Assembly (NCBI RefSeq): GCF_910588795.1
Contig: NZ_CAJURI010000003.1
Length of the DNA stretch: 64,000 bases
Origin: an uncultured Duncaniella sp.
Lineage (GTDB): Bacteria > Bacteroidota > Bacteroidia > Bacteroidales > Muribaculaceae
Direction: 5' to 3' (one strand)
Of this stretch, positions 40,777-51,891 are shown one piece after another. The first letter of the stretch is position 1. The number at the start of each line of letters is the position of its first letter. The notes beneath the pieces were generated by a model. That model had not been told where the DNA came from. It saw nothing but the letters and a program-made list of their open reading frames with translations, and did not search any database. The position numbers and the translations under genes were made by a program.

Positions 40777-41025
40777 TTAGCCTACGAACATTGCGAGGAT
40801 GCAGACGATCACGGCGAAGAGGGCGACACCCTCGATAAGAGCTGCGATCACGATCATGTTGCTTCGGATATCACCGGTCGATTCGGGCTGACGGGCGATT
40901 GCCTCCATGGCTGAGCCACCGATTTTGCCGATACCGATGCCGGCACCGATTGCTGCGATTGCTGCACCGATGCACACACCGATGCCAAGTGTTCCTTCGA
41001 TAGCTGCTAAAATCATTGCTAACAT
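40777..41025 (-). CDS. atpE: ATP synthase Fo subunit c
   Basis: GAGIGIG, ARQPE loop, ion-binding Glu in LIEGV. Confidence 0.96.
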   Translation of the reverse strand: MLAMILAAIEGTLGIGVCIGAAIAAIGAGIGIGKIGGSAMEAIARQPESTGDIRSNMIVIAALIEGVALFAVIVCILAMFVG

Positions 41026-41121
41026 AACTGTAGAATTTTGAGAGGTTATTTTTTAGAGATAATTTATTCTGTATTTATTTCTGTTTCAGGTCCGGAAGCT
41101 TCTACCCCCCCCGGATTCCGG

Positions 41122-42246
41122 TCAAGGGTTATGCGGGATCACGGCTTTTTCCTTGGACTCTTCATGCTTCTCATGCCCCTCTTCCTGCCCGAGTGCTATG
41201 AACAGGGTTGAGAGCATCGTGAACACATATGCCTGGATGAAGCTGACAAGGACATCTATGCACAGCATGAACACCGAGAATATCACTGATACCACAGCCG
41301 TAGCTCCGGTGACCACTGGCCCCATGGCTGCGAAGATGAATATGAGAAGCGTGAGCACTATCACTATCATATGTCCGCCCATCATATTGGCGAAGAGACG
41401 GACAGTGAGCGCGGCGGGCTTGGTGAAAACACCGAAGATCTCTATCACCGGCATGATGGGGAGAGGATACTTAAGCCACCAGGGGACCTCGGGATTGAAT
41501 ATCTCCTTCCAGTAATGCTTGGTGGCAAAGAGATTGGTGATGAGGAAAGTGATTATAGCAAGCACGAGAGTGACCGCTATGTTGCCCGTAAGGTTGGCTC
41601 CGCCGGGGAATATCACTATAAGTCCGAGCAGGTTCATTATGAGAATGAAGAAGAACACCGTCAGCAGATAGGGGGCAAACTTGGCCGCCTTGTTCTTGAG
41701 TGTCGGCTTGATCACTCCGTCATAGATGAAAAGTATCACAAACTCTATGGCTCCCACCATCTTGCGCGGGCCTTTCATGCCCTGAGTGCGGTGCCAGCGG
41801 GCCACCGACAGTATGCACCACACACACAGCAGTACGGCTATGAAGACGCCACACACATTCTTGGTGATGGATATGTCCACCGCAGGCTTCACTTCCTCGC
41901 CGTTGACTATCTCCACTACCTTTCCTTTGTAGGGGCTGTCCGCGCCGGCTATCCTGAACTCGGCATTGCCGTCACGGTAGACCTCGCCATGGGCGACACG
42001 TGACGAAGAGAACACATGCAGACCGTCAGAGCCCCATACGATCACCGGCAGAGGTATGCGCTTGTGATGGTTGAAAGGCACTTCCCAGCCGTAACCGTCA
42101 CCGAGGTGCTCGAATATTATGCCCTGAGCATCGATCCCCTCTTTCTTCTCCTGACCGTCGTCATGACCCGAAGCCACGGCAAGCGCAGGACTGACAAGAG
42201 CGATGAGCGCAAGAACTATTGTTGTGAGAATCTGTTTCATCGTCAT
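41122..42246 (-). CDS. atpB: ATP synthase Fo subunit a (Bacteroidetes long form)
   Basis: DISITKN, TGNIAVT, LTVRLFANM.GGH, IQAYVFTML; start 42246 or 42240. Confidence 0.95.
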   Translation of the reverse strand: MTMKQILTTIVLALIALVSPALAVASGHDDGQEKKEGIDAQGIIFEHLGDGYGWEVPFNHHKRIPLPVIVWGSDGLHVFSSSRVAHGEVYRDGNAEFRIAGADSPYKGKVVEIVNGEEVKPAVDISITKNVCGVFIAVLLCVWCILSVARWHRTQGMKGPRKMVGAIEFVILFIYDGVIKPTLKNKAAKFAPYLLTVFFFILIMNLLGLIVIFPGGANLTGNIAVTLVLAIITFLITNLFATKHYWKEIFNPEVPWWLKYPLPIMPVIEIFGVFTKPAALTVRLFANMMGGHMIVIVLTLLIFIFAAMGPVVTGATAVVSVIFSVFMLCIDVLVSFIQAYVFTMLSTLFIALGQEEGHEKHEESKEKAVIPHNP

Positions 42247-42254
42247 CGTAAGGA

Positions 42255-42488
42255 TTAATAGATGCACACTGACACTATATCTCTGTCCACATCGACTATG
42301 CCTCCGTCAATACTCACCGAATGTTCGCCATCGACCGACGTATAGCGCACGGTCCCGGGGGTGAGGGTGGATATTAGCGATGCGTGACCGGGGAGCACGG
42401 TGAATGCTCCCATCGCCCCCGGGAGATGTACCACTGAGGCGTCACCCTGAAACAGGATGTCTTCGGCTGAAATTATCTTAAGTGTCAT
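42255..42488 (-). CDS. atpC: ATP synthase F1 epsilon subunit (N-terminal beta-sandwich only)
   Basis: LKIIS, LPG..G.FTVLPGHA.LIS.L, IDGG; 77 aa. Confidence 0.9.
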   Translation of the reverse strand: MTLKIISAEDILFQGDASVVHLPGAMGAFTVLPGHASLISTLTPGTVRYTSVDGEHSVSIDGGIVDVDRDIVSVCIY

Positions 42489-42547
42489 CGGCTTGATCTG
42501 GTTCTTATAATGTTGTCTTTAGAGGGGAGATCCGGTCTCAGTCCTGA

Positions 42548-44125
<1,578 letters not shown>

Positions 44126-45202
44126 TTAGAGGTAGAGACTGTAGGTCACCACAATCACCATCAGCACAAGGTTGAACAGATTGATGGGGAGGAGGTATTT
44201 CCATTCAAGCGTGAGCAGCTGGTCGATACGCAGACGCGGGAATGTCCACTTGAACCATATGATTATGAACGACAGGGCCACTGCCTTGGCGATGAACCAT
44301 ACGACCGAAGGTATATAGTCCATAATGTTGTTGAAGGCATCGAATCCGGGTATGTGCAGCGGCATCCATCCGCCGAAGAAGAGAAGAGCTGCGACTCCCG
44401 ACACGATGAAAAGGTTGAGATACTCGGCAAGATAGAAGAATCCGAAGTGTATGCCGGAGTACTCGGTATGGTATCCTGCTGTAAGCTCGCTCTCGGCCTC
44501 GGGGAGGTCAAACGGTCCGCGGTTTGTCTCGGCCGTACCGGCTATCATGAATATCACAAAAGCTATTATCGCAGGGACATGGCCCGAGAAGATGAACCAC
44601 AGGTGCTCCTGCGCCATCACTATGTCGGTGACGCTCATCGAGCCGGCCATGACGACCATGGTCACCACACACAGACCCATGGACAGCTCATAGCTGACCA
44701 TCTGGGCTCCGGAACGGAGCGCGCCGATAAGGGTGAACTTGTTGTTGGATGACCATCCGGCGAGAAGTATGCCGAGCACGCCTATCGAGGAGACCGCGAG
44801 CAGGAAGAAGATGCCCACATTGAAGTCAATGATCTGCAGCCCATTGCCCCACGGAAGTACGGCAAATGCGAGCATCGAGGCGATGATGACCAGATACGGA
44901 GCCAGTGCGAACAGGAACTTGTCGATATGATTGAGCGAAATAAGCTCCTTGATAAGGATCTTGAACATATCGGCAACGCTCTGCAACAGTCCCCAGGGGC
45001 CCACACGGTTAGGACCGAGGCGGCACTGGAAATAGGCACACACCTTACGCTCGAAAAGAATATAGAACAGGGCGAGGACCGCATAGAGGAGCATCAACCC
45101 CACCCCTACGAGCAGGCACTCGAGGGTGACCGCAAGCCACTCGGGCATGTAGCCGAGCAGAAAGGAATGAATCCAGGCAGTCCCTACTGATAAGTCTTGC
45201 AT
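44126..45202 (-). CDS. nuoH: NADH-quinone oxidoreductase subunit H
   Basis: ERKV...[49 protein letters not shown]. Confidence 0.96.
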   Translation of the reverse strand: MQDLSVGTAWIHSFLLGYMPEWLAVTLECLLVGVGLMLLYAVLALFYILFERKVCAYFQCRLGPNRVGPWGLLQSVADMFKILIKELISLNHIDKFLFALAPYLVIIASMLAFAVLPWGNGLQIIDFNVGIFFLLAVSSIGVLGILLAGWSSNNKFTLIGALRSGAQMVSYELSMGLCVVTMVVMAGSMSVTDIVMAQEHLWFIFSGHVPAIIAFVIFMIAGTAETNRGPFDLPEAESELTAGYHTEYSGIHFGFFYLAEYLNLFIVSGVAALLFFGGWMPLHIPGFDAFNNIMDYIPSVVWFIAKAVALSFIIIWFKWTFPRLRIDQLLTLEWKYLLPINLFNLVLMVIVVTYSLYL

Positions 45203-45272
45203 AATCTTTTTATGGATATATGATTGGTATATTATTAACGTGAGTCACTATTCATGCGTGGCGCGCCACAGG

Positions 45273-46904
45273 CTATCTGTCGATATCGGGCACGATGTAG
45301 TCCATGGAGCCTCCGATGGTGATGAGGTCGGCTATCTTCTGTCCGCATGTTATATGGTCCACCACCGCGGCGGCAGGCAGACAGGGGGGAACGATCTTCA
45401 GACGGTAGGGCGATGTGGTGCCGTCGCTCTCGAGGTATATGCCGAAAGTTCCGCGGCATCCCTCCACCATCTTGAACCAATGTCCGGCAGGGAGCTTGAC
45501 CACTTTGGGCACCTTCACGCAATATTCCCCGTCGGGGATATTGTCTATGAGCTGGGCTATGATGCGTGCGCTCTGCACCATCTCGTCCATACGCACCTTG
45601 AAGCGGGCCATGGCGTCACCCTCGGTACGTACAATCTCGTCAAACTCAAGTTCGGAATATATGCTGTAGGGGAATGTCTTGCGCACATCGCAGGCCCATC
45701 CCGAGCCTCGGCCGTTAGGCCCGGTCACAGCCCATGAGATTGCATCCTCGCGTGTGAGCACACCCACATCCTCCATACGGTCGCGGGCTATCACATTGCC
45801 GGTGAATATCTTGTTGTACTCCTTTATATTGGCCGGCAGCACATCGAGCAGAGCATGCACATCCTTCACGAAGTCGGGATGCAGATCCTGCATGACACCT
45901 CCTATGCAGTCATAGTTGAAAGTCATACGCGCGCCGCATGTCTTCTCCATGATGTCAAGTATCTGCTCACGCACCCTGAGAGTGTAGAATAGCATCGTCG
46001 TGGCACCGAGGTCCATGCAATATGTGCCGAAGAACAGACAGTGTGACGCTATACGCGACAATTCGTCCATGAGCACGCGTATCACCTGTGCCCGGCGTGA
46101 TATCTGTATGCCCATAGCCTCTTCGTAAAGCATGCAGAGGCAATGGTGGTAAGGATGGGCCGAGAAATAGTCCAGACGGTCCATGAAATGCAGTGTCTGC
46201 GGATAAGTGTCAACCTCGCATATCTTCTCTACACCGCGGTGTATGTATCCGAGATACAGGTCGATCTTCTTGATTATCTCACCGTCGACAGCAGTGCGGA
46301 AGCGGAGCACTCCGTGGGTGGCAGGATGCTGCGGGCCTATATTGACCACGAAGTCGTCAGGCTGGAATATGCGACGCTCCTCTTTCACTATCTTGCCGTC
46401 ACGCTCCACCCATGTGTCGGTGAAGTCGGTCTGACGCTCGTTCTCTATTGACACAGGATTGACAGCGGGGTCAGCATTGTAGTCCTTGCGCAGAGGATAT
46501 CCCTTCCAGTCTATGTTGAGGAAGAGGCGGCGCATGTCAGGATTGTTGACAAAGATTATGCCGAAATAATCATATACCTCACGCTCATATACTGTAGCTA
46601 TAGCCCAAAGGTCATGCACTGAGTGGATAAACGGCTTCTCACGGTCGCCTGTCGCCATCACTTTGACAGATACGCGCTCATTGCGAGAAGTGGCTACGAG
46701 CTCATAGATGCAGCCGAGTCCGTTCTCCTTCCAGTCCATACCTGCTATGGTGACAAGGAAGTCAAATGAAAGTTCCGGATCGTGACGCAGGGCGTGAGCC
46801 AGATCGTGCCACTGCTCATCAGCGACAGTCATCTCAAGGACATCGGTCTGGGCGAATGTGACTTGGGGAAACAGCTTGGAAATCTTTTCCTGGATGTTGG
46901 CCAT
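45273..46904 (-). CDS. nuoCD: Fused NADH-quinone oxidoreductase subunit C/D
   Basis: YEREVYDYFGI..GYPLRKD (NuoC) then GPQHPATHGVLR, GYIHRGVEK, RLDY, terminal DIDR (NuoD). Confidence 0.95.
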   Translation of the reverse strand: MANIQEKISKLFPQVTFAQTDVLEMTVADEQWHDLAHALRHDPELSFDFLVTIAGMDWKENGLGCIYELVATSRNERVSVKVMATGDREKPFIHSVHDLWAIATVYEREVYDYFGIIFVNNPDMRRLFLNIDWKGYPLRKDYNADPAVNPVSIENERQTDFTDTWVERDGKIVKEERRIFQPDDFVVNIGPQHPATHGVLRFRTAVDGEIIKKIDLYLGYIHRGVEKICEVDTYPQTLHFMDRLDYFSAHPYHHCLCMLYEEAMGIQISRRAQVIRVLMDELSRIASHCLFFGTYCMDLGATTMLFYTLRVREQILDIMEKTCGARMTFNYDCIGGVMQDLHPDFVKDVHALLDVLPANIKEYNKIFTGNVIARDRMEDVGVLTREDAISWAVTGPNGRGSGWACDVRKTFPYSIYSELEFDEIVRTEGDAMARFKVRMDEMVQSARIIAQLIDNIPDGEYCVKVPKVVKLPAGHWFKMVEGCRGTFGIYLESDGTTSPYRLKIVPPCLPAAAVVDHITCGQKIADLITIGGSMDYIVPDIDR

Positions 46905-46945
46905 TATATATTAAGGTGTGATGATGGTTCTACAATAATGATGGT

Positions 46946-47554
46946 TTAGTCGTTGACTCCCTCCACAGGATGAGACTTCAGAAACTCCTGCTGCTTCTCC
47001 TGACGGTTGATTCCGCCGAAGAACTTCTCTACCTTTATCTTTCTCGAGAGCTGCATGATGCCATATATCATGGCTTCGGGGCGCGGCGGACATCCGGGCA
47101 CGAACACATCGACCGGCACTATGTCCTCTATACCCATAGCTACATGGTAGCTCTTCTTGAACGGCCCTCCCGAGATAGCGCAGCTTCCGCATGCTATCAC
47201 GTACTTAGGCTCGGCAAGCTGGTCGTACAGACGGCGGAACACCGGCACCATGCGGTGAACGATCGTGCCTGCCACCATCATGAAGTCAGCCTGACGCGGC
47301 GAGGCGCGGGCAACTTCCCAGCCAAAACGCGCCATGTCGTAACGCGCCGCTCCGAGCGACACGAACTCTATGCCGCAGCAACTGGTGGCGAAAGTAAGTG
47401 GCCAGATAGAGTTGGACCGCCCCCAGTTGATAAGCTTGTCAAGCGAACCAACTATGACATTGGTTCCGCTTTCCTGAAGCTCCTTGACGAGCTTCTCGAT
47501 ATACTCATTGTCTTTCCATGCCTCGTAGGGCATGCCTTGCGTAGTTACTTCCAT
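46946..47554 (-). CDS. nuoB: NADH-quinone oxidoreductase subunit B
   Basis: TSCCGIE, SPRQAD, GSCAISGG, PGCPPRPE. Confidence 0.96.
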   Translation of the reverse strand: MEVTTQGMPYEAWKDNEYIEKLVKELQESGTNVIVGSLDKLINWGRSNSIWPLTFATSCCGIEFVSLGAARYDMARFGWEVARASPRQADFMMVAGTIVHRMVPVFRRLYDQLAEPKYVIACGSCAISGGPFKKSYHVAMGIEDIVPVDVFVPGCPPRPEAMIYGIMQLSRKIKVEKFFGGINRQEKQQEFLKSHPVEGVND

Positions 47555-47913
47555 TCAAGAGCTCCTTTCCGCCAGGCATACACAAGACCCAGCACTATGA
47601 TTCCAAAAAACACTGCGATCGCCGTAAGGCCCTGTGTGCCCAGCTCATGCACTCTCACCGCCCAGGGATAGAGGAACACTGTCTCGACATCGAACATCAG
47701 GAAGAGTATGGCGAACAGATAATACCCCACCTTGAACTGAGCCATGGACTCGCCGCGTGTAGGTATGCCACATTCATAAGCCTCGCCCTTCTGGGGATTG
47801 AACGACCGGGGTGAGATCAGCCCGGCAAGCCAAAGAGCAACAGCCACCAGAGCGATGCCCGTACAGAGAGCGACCACCGCCAAGGTTGCATTTTGAATTG
47901 CTAATGCTATCAT
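47545..47913 (-). CDS. nuoA: NADH-quinone oxidoreductase subunit A
   Basis: YECG, FLMFDVETVFLYPWA, YAWRKGALEW. Confidence 0.95.
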   Translation of the reverse strand: MIALAIQNATLAVVALCTGIALVAVALWLAGLISPRSFNPQKGEAYECGIPTRGESMAQFKVGYYLFAILFLMFDVETVFLYPWAVRVHELGTQGLTAIAVFFGIIVLGLVYAWRKGALEWK

Positions 47914-48017
47914 ATTATGAGTTATATCTTATTTGCAATAAGGTTATTCGTCTGTGACAGAGTGCTATGCACGCCAAAAGACGCTCCCGATATATGGCAG
48001 GCGCGCTTTTGGCTGTG

Positions 48018-48025
48018 CAAATATA
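48018..48025 (-). promoter_or_regulatory. Likely promoter (-7 TATATTTG) of the nuo/atp operon
   Basis: TAnnTTTG consensus about 105 bp upstream of nuoA. Confidence 0.55.
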
Positions 48026-48097
48026 GAAATTTTTCTTCAATCCGTGCTCTTTTCAGCCAACTATTTTTTAACAATCTGCAGTATTTGTTGTCTACGC

Positions 48098-48760
48098 TCA
48101 GAAATTATAGCCTATTGACAGCTGGAACAGGTTCCACTGGTTGTCCATAAGCTCAGCGACGTCGCGAACACCCCACTGATACTGCCACCCTATGACATAA
48201 CGCTCTGCATGGGTGTATGACATACCGAATCCTATGCCGTACTGCCAGCGGTGATATCCGTTATCGGAAAAAAGATTGACCTTCTTCTTGTCGAACGATT
48301 CCATGTCACGCATCTTCACTCCCATCTTGCCATACACACCTACCCCGAAATAAGGCCCGGCGAATATCTGCAGGTCCGACATGGGTGTAAAGCGCAGATG
48401 ATAGGACGCATATACCGGCAGCTCCAGGAAATTGACAGCCTGAGTGGATGAGACCTTCATCCCGTTCATATCGCCTACCGACATCTCACCTTCATACTTG
48501 GCTCCCTTCATGGAAAAGAACAGTCCGGTATTGACCGAGAAGCTTTTTATGAGATTGACATCGACCGCGGCTCCGAACGACAGTCCATTGCGGCCGTCAA
48601 ACAGCCCGCTCCCCTTTCCGGCCATCTTGGCGAAATTCCATCCAAGGCGGGCACCGAGGGTAACTGTCTTATCGGGATCGGAACTGTCCCAGAAGAGAGA
48701 CTGCGCGCTCATCCCCACTGAAATCACCGACACAAGAATTGAAATGATAATCTTTTTCAT
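48098..48760 (-). CDS. Outer-membrane beta-barrel (porin-family/PorT-like) protein
   Basis: Signal peptide MKKIIIS, alternating beta strands, LELPV, GPY, C-terminal SIGYNF; own TATCTTTG promoter at 48792-48799. Confidence 0.8.
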   Translation of the reverse strand: MKKIIISILVSVISVGMSAQSLFWDSSDPDKTVTLGARLGWNFAKMAGKGSGLFDGRNGLSFGAAVDVNLIKSFSVNTGLFFSMKGAKYEGEMSVGDMNGMKVSSTQAVNFLELPVYASYHLRFTPMSDLQIFAGPYFGVGVYGKMGVKMRDMESFDKKKVNLFSDNGYHRWQYGIGFGMSYTHAERYVIGWQYQWGVRDVAELMDNQWNLFQLSIGYNF

Positions 48761-48857
48761 AATGCGATGTAATTTACGTTGTTTTATTTCACAAAGATAA
48801 CAAACGGACACGTCACAGACGCGTCCGCACATGTTAATAGATATTAAAACATATGGC

Positions 48858-49631
48858 TTATTGTTCCACGTTGTTTGCCGATTCTGCCTCCGGATAAGTG
48901 ACCTCCCACAGATACAACGCCTGCGGTGGCATTGACGTGCCTGCGGCACACCGGTCCTTACGTTCTATTATGCGCCCGAATTCCTCAACCGAGATCTTGC
49001 CGCGCCCCACTTCGACGAGCGTGCCCACCACTGCCCTCACCATGTTGCGGAGAAAACGGTCGGCCGTTATGACAAATACCCAGCACGAGCTGTCAGCCCC
49101 TCCTACACGATGCCACCCGGCATGCGTGACACGACATATGTTGGTCTTGGCATCGGAATGCAGCTTGGCAAAAGATGTGAAATCGCTCGTTTCGAGCAGG
49201 AGCGAGGCCGCACGGTTCATAGCCTCGAAATCCAGCGACGCCGGAGCCTTCCAGCTCAAAGGATAGAAAAACGGAGACTTTTCCGTGACGGCGTAATAGT
49301 GATACGTGCGCGACACCGCGTCAAATCTCGCATGCAGGTCTGACGGCACCGGATAGATATCCTGTATGGCTATGTCCTTCCCCACAATGGCATCAACGCT
49401 GGCAGCGAGACGCTTAAGGTCATCGACCGGATCGTCGATGTCAAAATGTGCCACCATCATACGGGCATTCACACCGGCATCCGTGCGGCCTGCGCCAACG
49501 ATCTTCACAGGGCGGCGCAGCACCTTCGACAGAGCATCCTCCGTCACCTCCTGCACAGTCACCGCCCCCGGCTGGCTCTGCCACCCGTGAAACGGCTCTC
49601 CGCGATAGCTCAGCCGCATGAAGTAACGCAT
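48858..49631 (-). CDS. truA: tRNA pseudouridine(38-40) synthase
   Basis: Y.G..FHGWQ.Q, GAGRTDAGV, HARFDA..R.Y, FLRNMVR; TGATG overlap with the speA stop. Confidence 0.96.
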   Translation of the reverse strand: MRYFMRLSYRGEPFHGWQSQPGAVTVQEVTEDALSKVLRRPVKIVGAGRTDAGVNARMMVAHFDIDDPVDDLKRLAASVDAIVGKDIAIQDIYPVPSDLHARFDAVSRTYHYYAVTEKSPFFYPLSWKAPASLDFEAMNRAASLLLETSDFTSFAKLHSDAKTNICRVTHAGWHRVGGADSSCWVFVITADRFLRNMVRAVVGTLVEVGRGKISVEEFGRIIERKDRCAAGTSMPPQALYLWEVTYPEAESANNVEQ

Positions 49632-51532
49632 CAGTCCTTCTCTATATAGGTGTAGCCATACAGGCCCGAACGGTAATTGCTGAGGAATTCCCTGCCCTCT
49701 TCCGGAGATATCTTGCCGTCCTTCATGGACGAGGTCACCCATGCCTCGACATTCCGCACAAGCTTCTTGGGATTGAACTGCACATAGTCTAGCACATCGG
49801 CCACAGTCTCTCCGTCTATTATCCGGTCTATCTCGTAACGGTCCTTGTACACCGATATATGCACGGCATTTGTGTCGCCGAACAGATTGTGCATGTCACC
49901 CAGGATCTCCTGATAGGCCCCCACAAGGAACACTCCGAGATAGTAAGGTTCCCCGGGCTTGAGCGCATGCACATGCAGGGAGTTAGCCGTGGCTCCGGTG
50001 TTGGATATGAAATTGGATATCTTGCCGTCGCTGTCGCAGGTTATGTCCTGGATGGTACAGGTGCGCGTGGGCTTCTCGTCAAGGCGTGACAGAGGTATTA
50101 TGGGGAACACCTGGTCTATCGCCCAGGAATCAGTGAGCGACTGGAACAGTGAAAAATTGCAGAAATACTTGTCGGGGATCATCTTGGCCACCTTGCGCAG
50201 TTCCTCGGGCGCATGCCGCATGCCGCTGACTATGTCGCACACATCGCGGGCTATCGACCAGAACAGCTCCTCCATCTGCGCGCGCATCTTCAGGTCGAGC
50301 ATCCCGAGGCTGAACAGGTCGAGGGCCTCCTCACGTATCTGCAGGGCATCGTGCCAGCTCTCAAGAATGTTCTGCTGGTCGATCTTGTCCCATATCTGGT
50401 AAAGCTCTTTTATGAGCTCATGGGCATCATCGTCCACCTCCCGGCTGTCCTTCCATATGGGGAGCTGGGTTGTCTCAAGCACCTCGAACACGAGCACCGA
50501 ATGGTGGGCCGTAAGCGAGCGTCCGCTCTCGTTTATGATGTTAGGCTGCTTAAGCCCGTTCTTTTCACATGCATCCACAAGGGTCGACACCGCATCGTTG
50601 GCATACTCCTGAATGGAATAGTTCATCGACGATCCCGAGGCCGAGTTGCGCGAGCCGTCATAGTCGACCCCGAGGCCGCCCCCTATGTCGATAAACTCCA
50701 CGTCAAAGCCGAGATTGCACAGGTTCACATAGAACTGCGCAGCCTCCCTTATTGCATTCTTTATGAATCGGATCTTGGTGATCTGGCTCCCTATATGGAA
50801 ATGTATGAGCTTCAGACAGTCAGTCATCTTGTTGCGCTCCATATAGTCGAGAGCCTCAAGAAGCTCCGACGAATTCAGACCGAACTTCGACTGGTCACCG
50901 CCGCTTGTCTCCCACTTTCCCGAGCCTGACGATGCAAGCTTGATGCGCAGGCCCACGTTAGGACGCAGATCCATGCGCCGGGCCACCTCGGAGATTATCC
51001 GAAGCTCGTTGAGCTTCTCCACAACTATATATATGCGGCGGCCCATCTTCTGGGCGAGCAGAGCCAGCTCTATGTACGTCTTGTCCTTATAGCCGTTGCA
51101 GATTATCAGGGCGTTCTCTCGTATGTTGGTGGCAAGCACTGCATGAAGCTCGGGCTTGGAGCCTGCCTCCAGTCCGATATTGAACTTCTCCCCATAGGTA
51201 ACGATCTCCTCCACGACAGGCCGCATCTGATTGACCTTGATCGGATAGATGATATAATTCTGCCCCTCGTAATTATACTGTTTCGAAGCGACAGCAAAAC
51301 AGTTGGAGATCTTCTCGATACGGTTATCGAGGATGTCAGGGAAACGCAGCAGCACGGGCGACGTTATATCCCTCACCTGAAGCTCGTCCATCACCTCCCT
51401 AAGGTCAACCGAGGCATAACCCTCACGCGGAGTCACAGCCACATTTCCCTTGGAATTGATGGAAAAATACTTTCGGCCCCAGCCCTGGATATTATACAGC
51501 TCCATGCTGTCCTCAATGCGCCATCTTCTCAT
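49631..51532 (-). CDS. speA: Biosynthetic arginine decarboxylase
   Basis: YPIKVNQ (PLP Lys), GLEAGSKPEL, HFHIGSQ, DITCDSDG, GAYQEILGDMHNLFG. Confidence 0.96.
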   Translation of the reverse strand: MRRWRIEDSMELYNIQGWGRKYFSINSKGNVAVTPREGYASVDLREVMDELQVRDITSPVLLRFPDILDNRIEKISNCFAVASKQYNYEGQNYIIYPIKVNQMRPVVEEIVTYGEKFNIGLEAGSKPELHAVLATNIRENALIICNGYKDKTYIELALLAQKMGRRIYIVVEKLNELRIISEVARRMDLRPNVGLRIKLASSGSGKWETSGGDQSKFGLNSSELLEALDYMERNKMTDCLKLIHFHIGSQITKIRFIKNAIREAAQFYVNLCNLGFDVEFIDIGGGLGVDYDGSRNSASGSSMNYSIQEYANDAVSTLVDACEKNGLKQPNIINESGRSLTAHHSVLVFEVLETTQLPIWKDSREVDDDAHELIKELYQIWDKIDQQNILESWHDALQIREEALDLFSLGMLDLKMRAQMEELFWSIARDVCDIVSGMRHAPEELRKVAKMIPDKYFCNFSLFQSLTDSWAIDQVFPIIPLSRLDEKPTRTCTIQDITCDSDGKISNFISNTGATANSLHVHALKPGEPYYLGVFLVGAYQEILGDMHNLFGDTNAVHISVYKDRYEIDRIIDGETVADVLDYVQFNPKKLVRNVEAWVTSSMKDGKISPEEGREFLSNYRSGLYGYTYIEKD

Positions 51533-51891
51533 CGGCTAATTTCAGTGAAATAGTTATTATTACTAATGTTCTTTACGTGATTCAGGAGCAAAGGTACACA
51601 TTTCCGTCGGATTTCAGCAATTTTTCATATGCAAATAGATTTTCGACCAGAATTTTAGCTGTCCGGTGCACAGCCATGGCACAGATAAAGCATCGGAAAC
51701 ATCCGCGCTCTACTGTCCCGGTGAAACGACCATGGCAATTTAGCCACAACATTTTGTAATAAGTTAACAATTGCTGTTTGCATTAATCGCCAATTGATAT
51801 TACCTTTGCCAATGGCTTTATAGTGCATCATAATACATTAAAATACATTATTCATTACATACAACCAATCAACCTCTAAGTCACAATTCTT

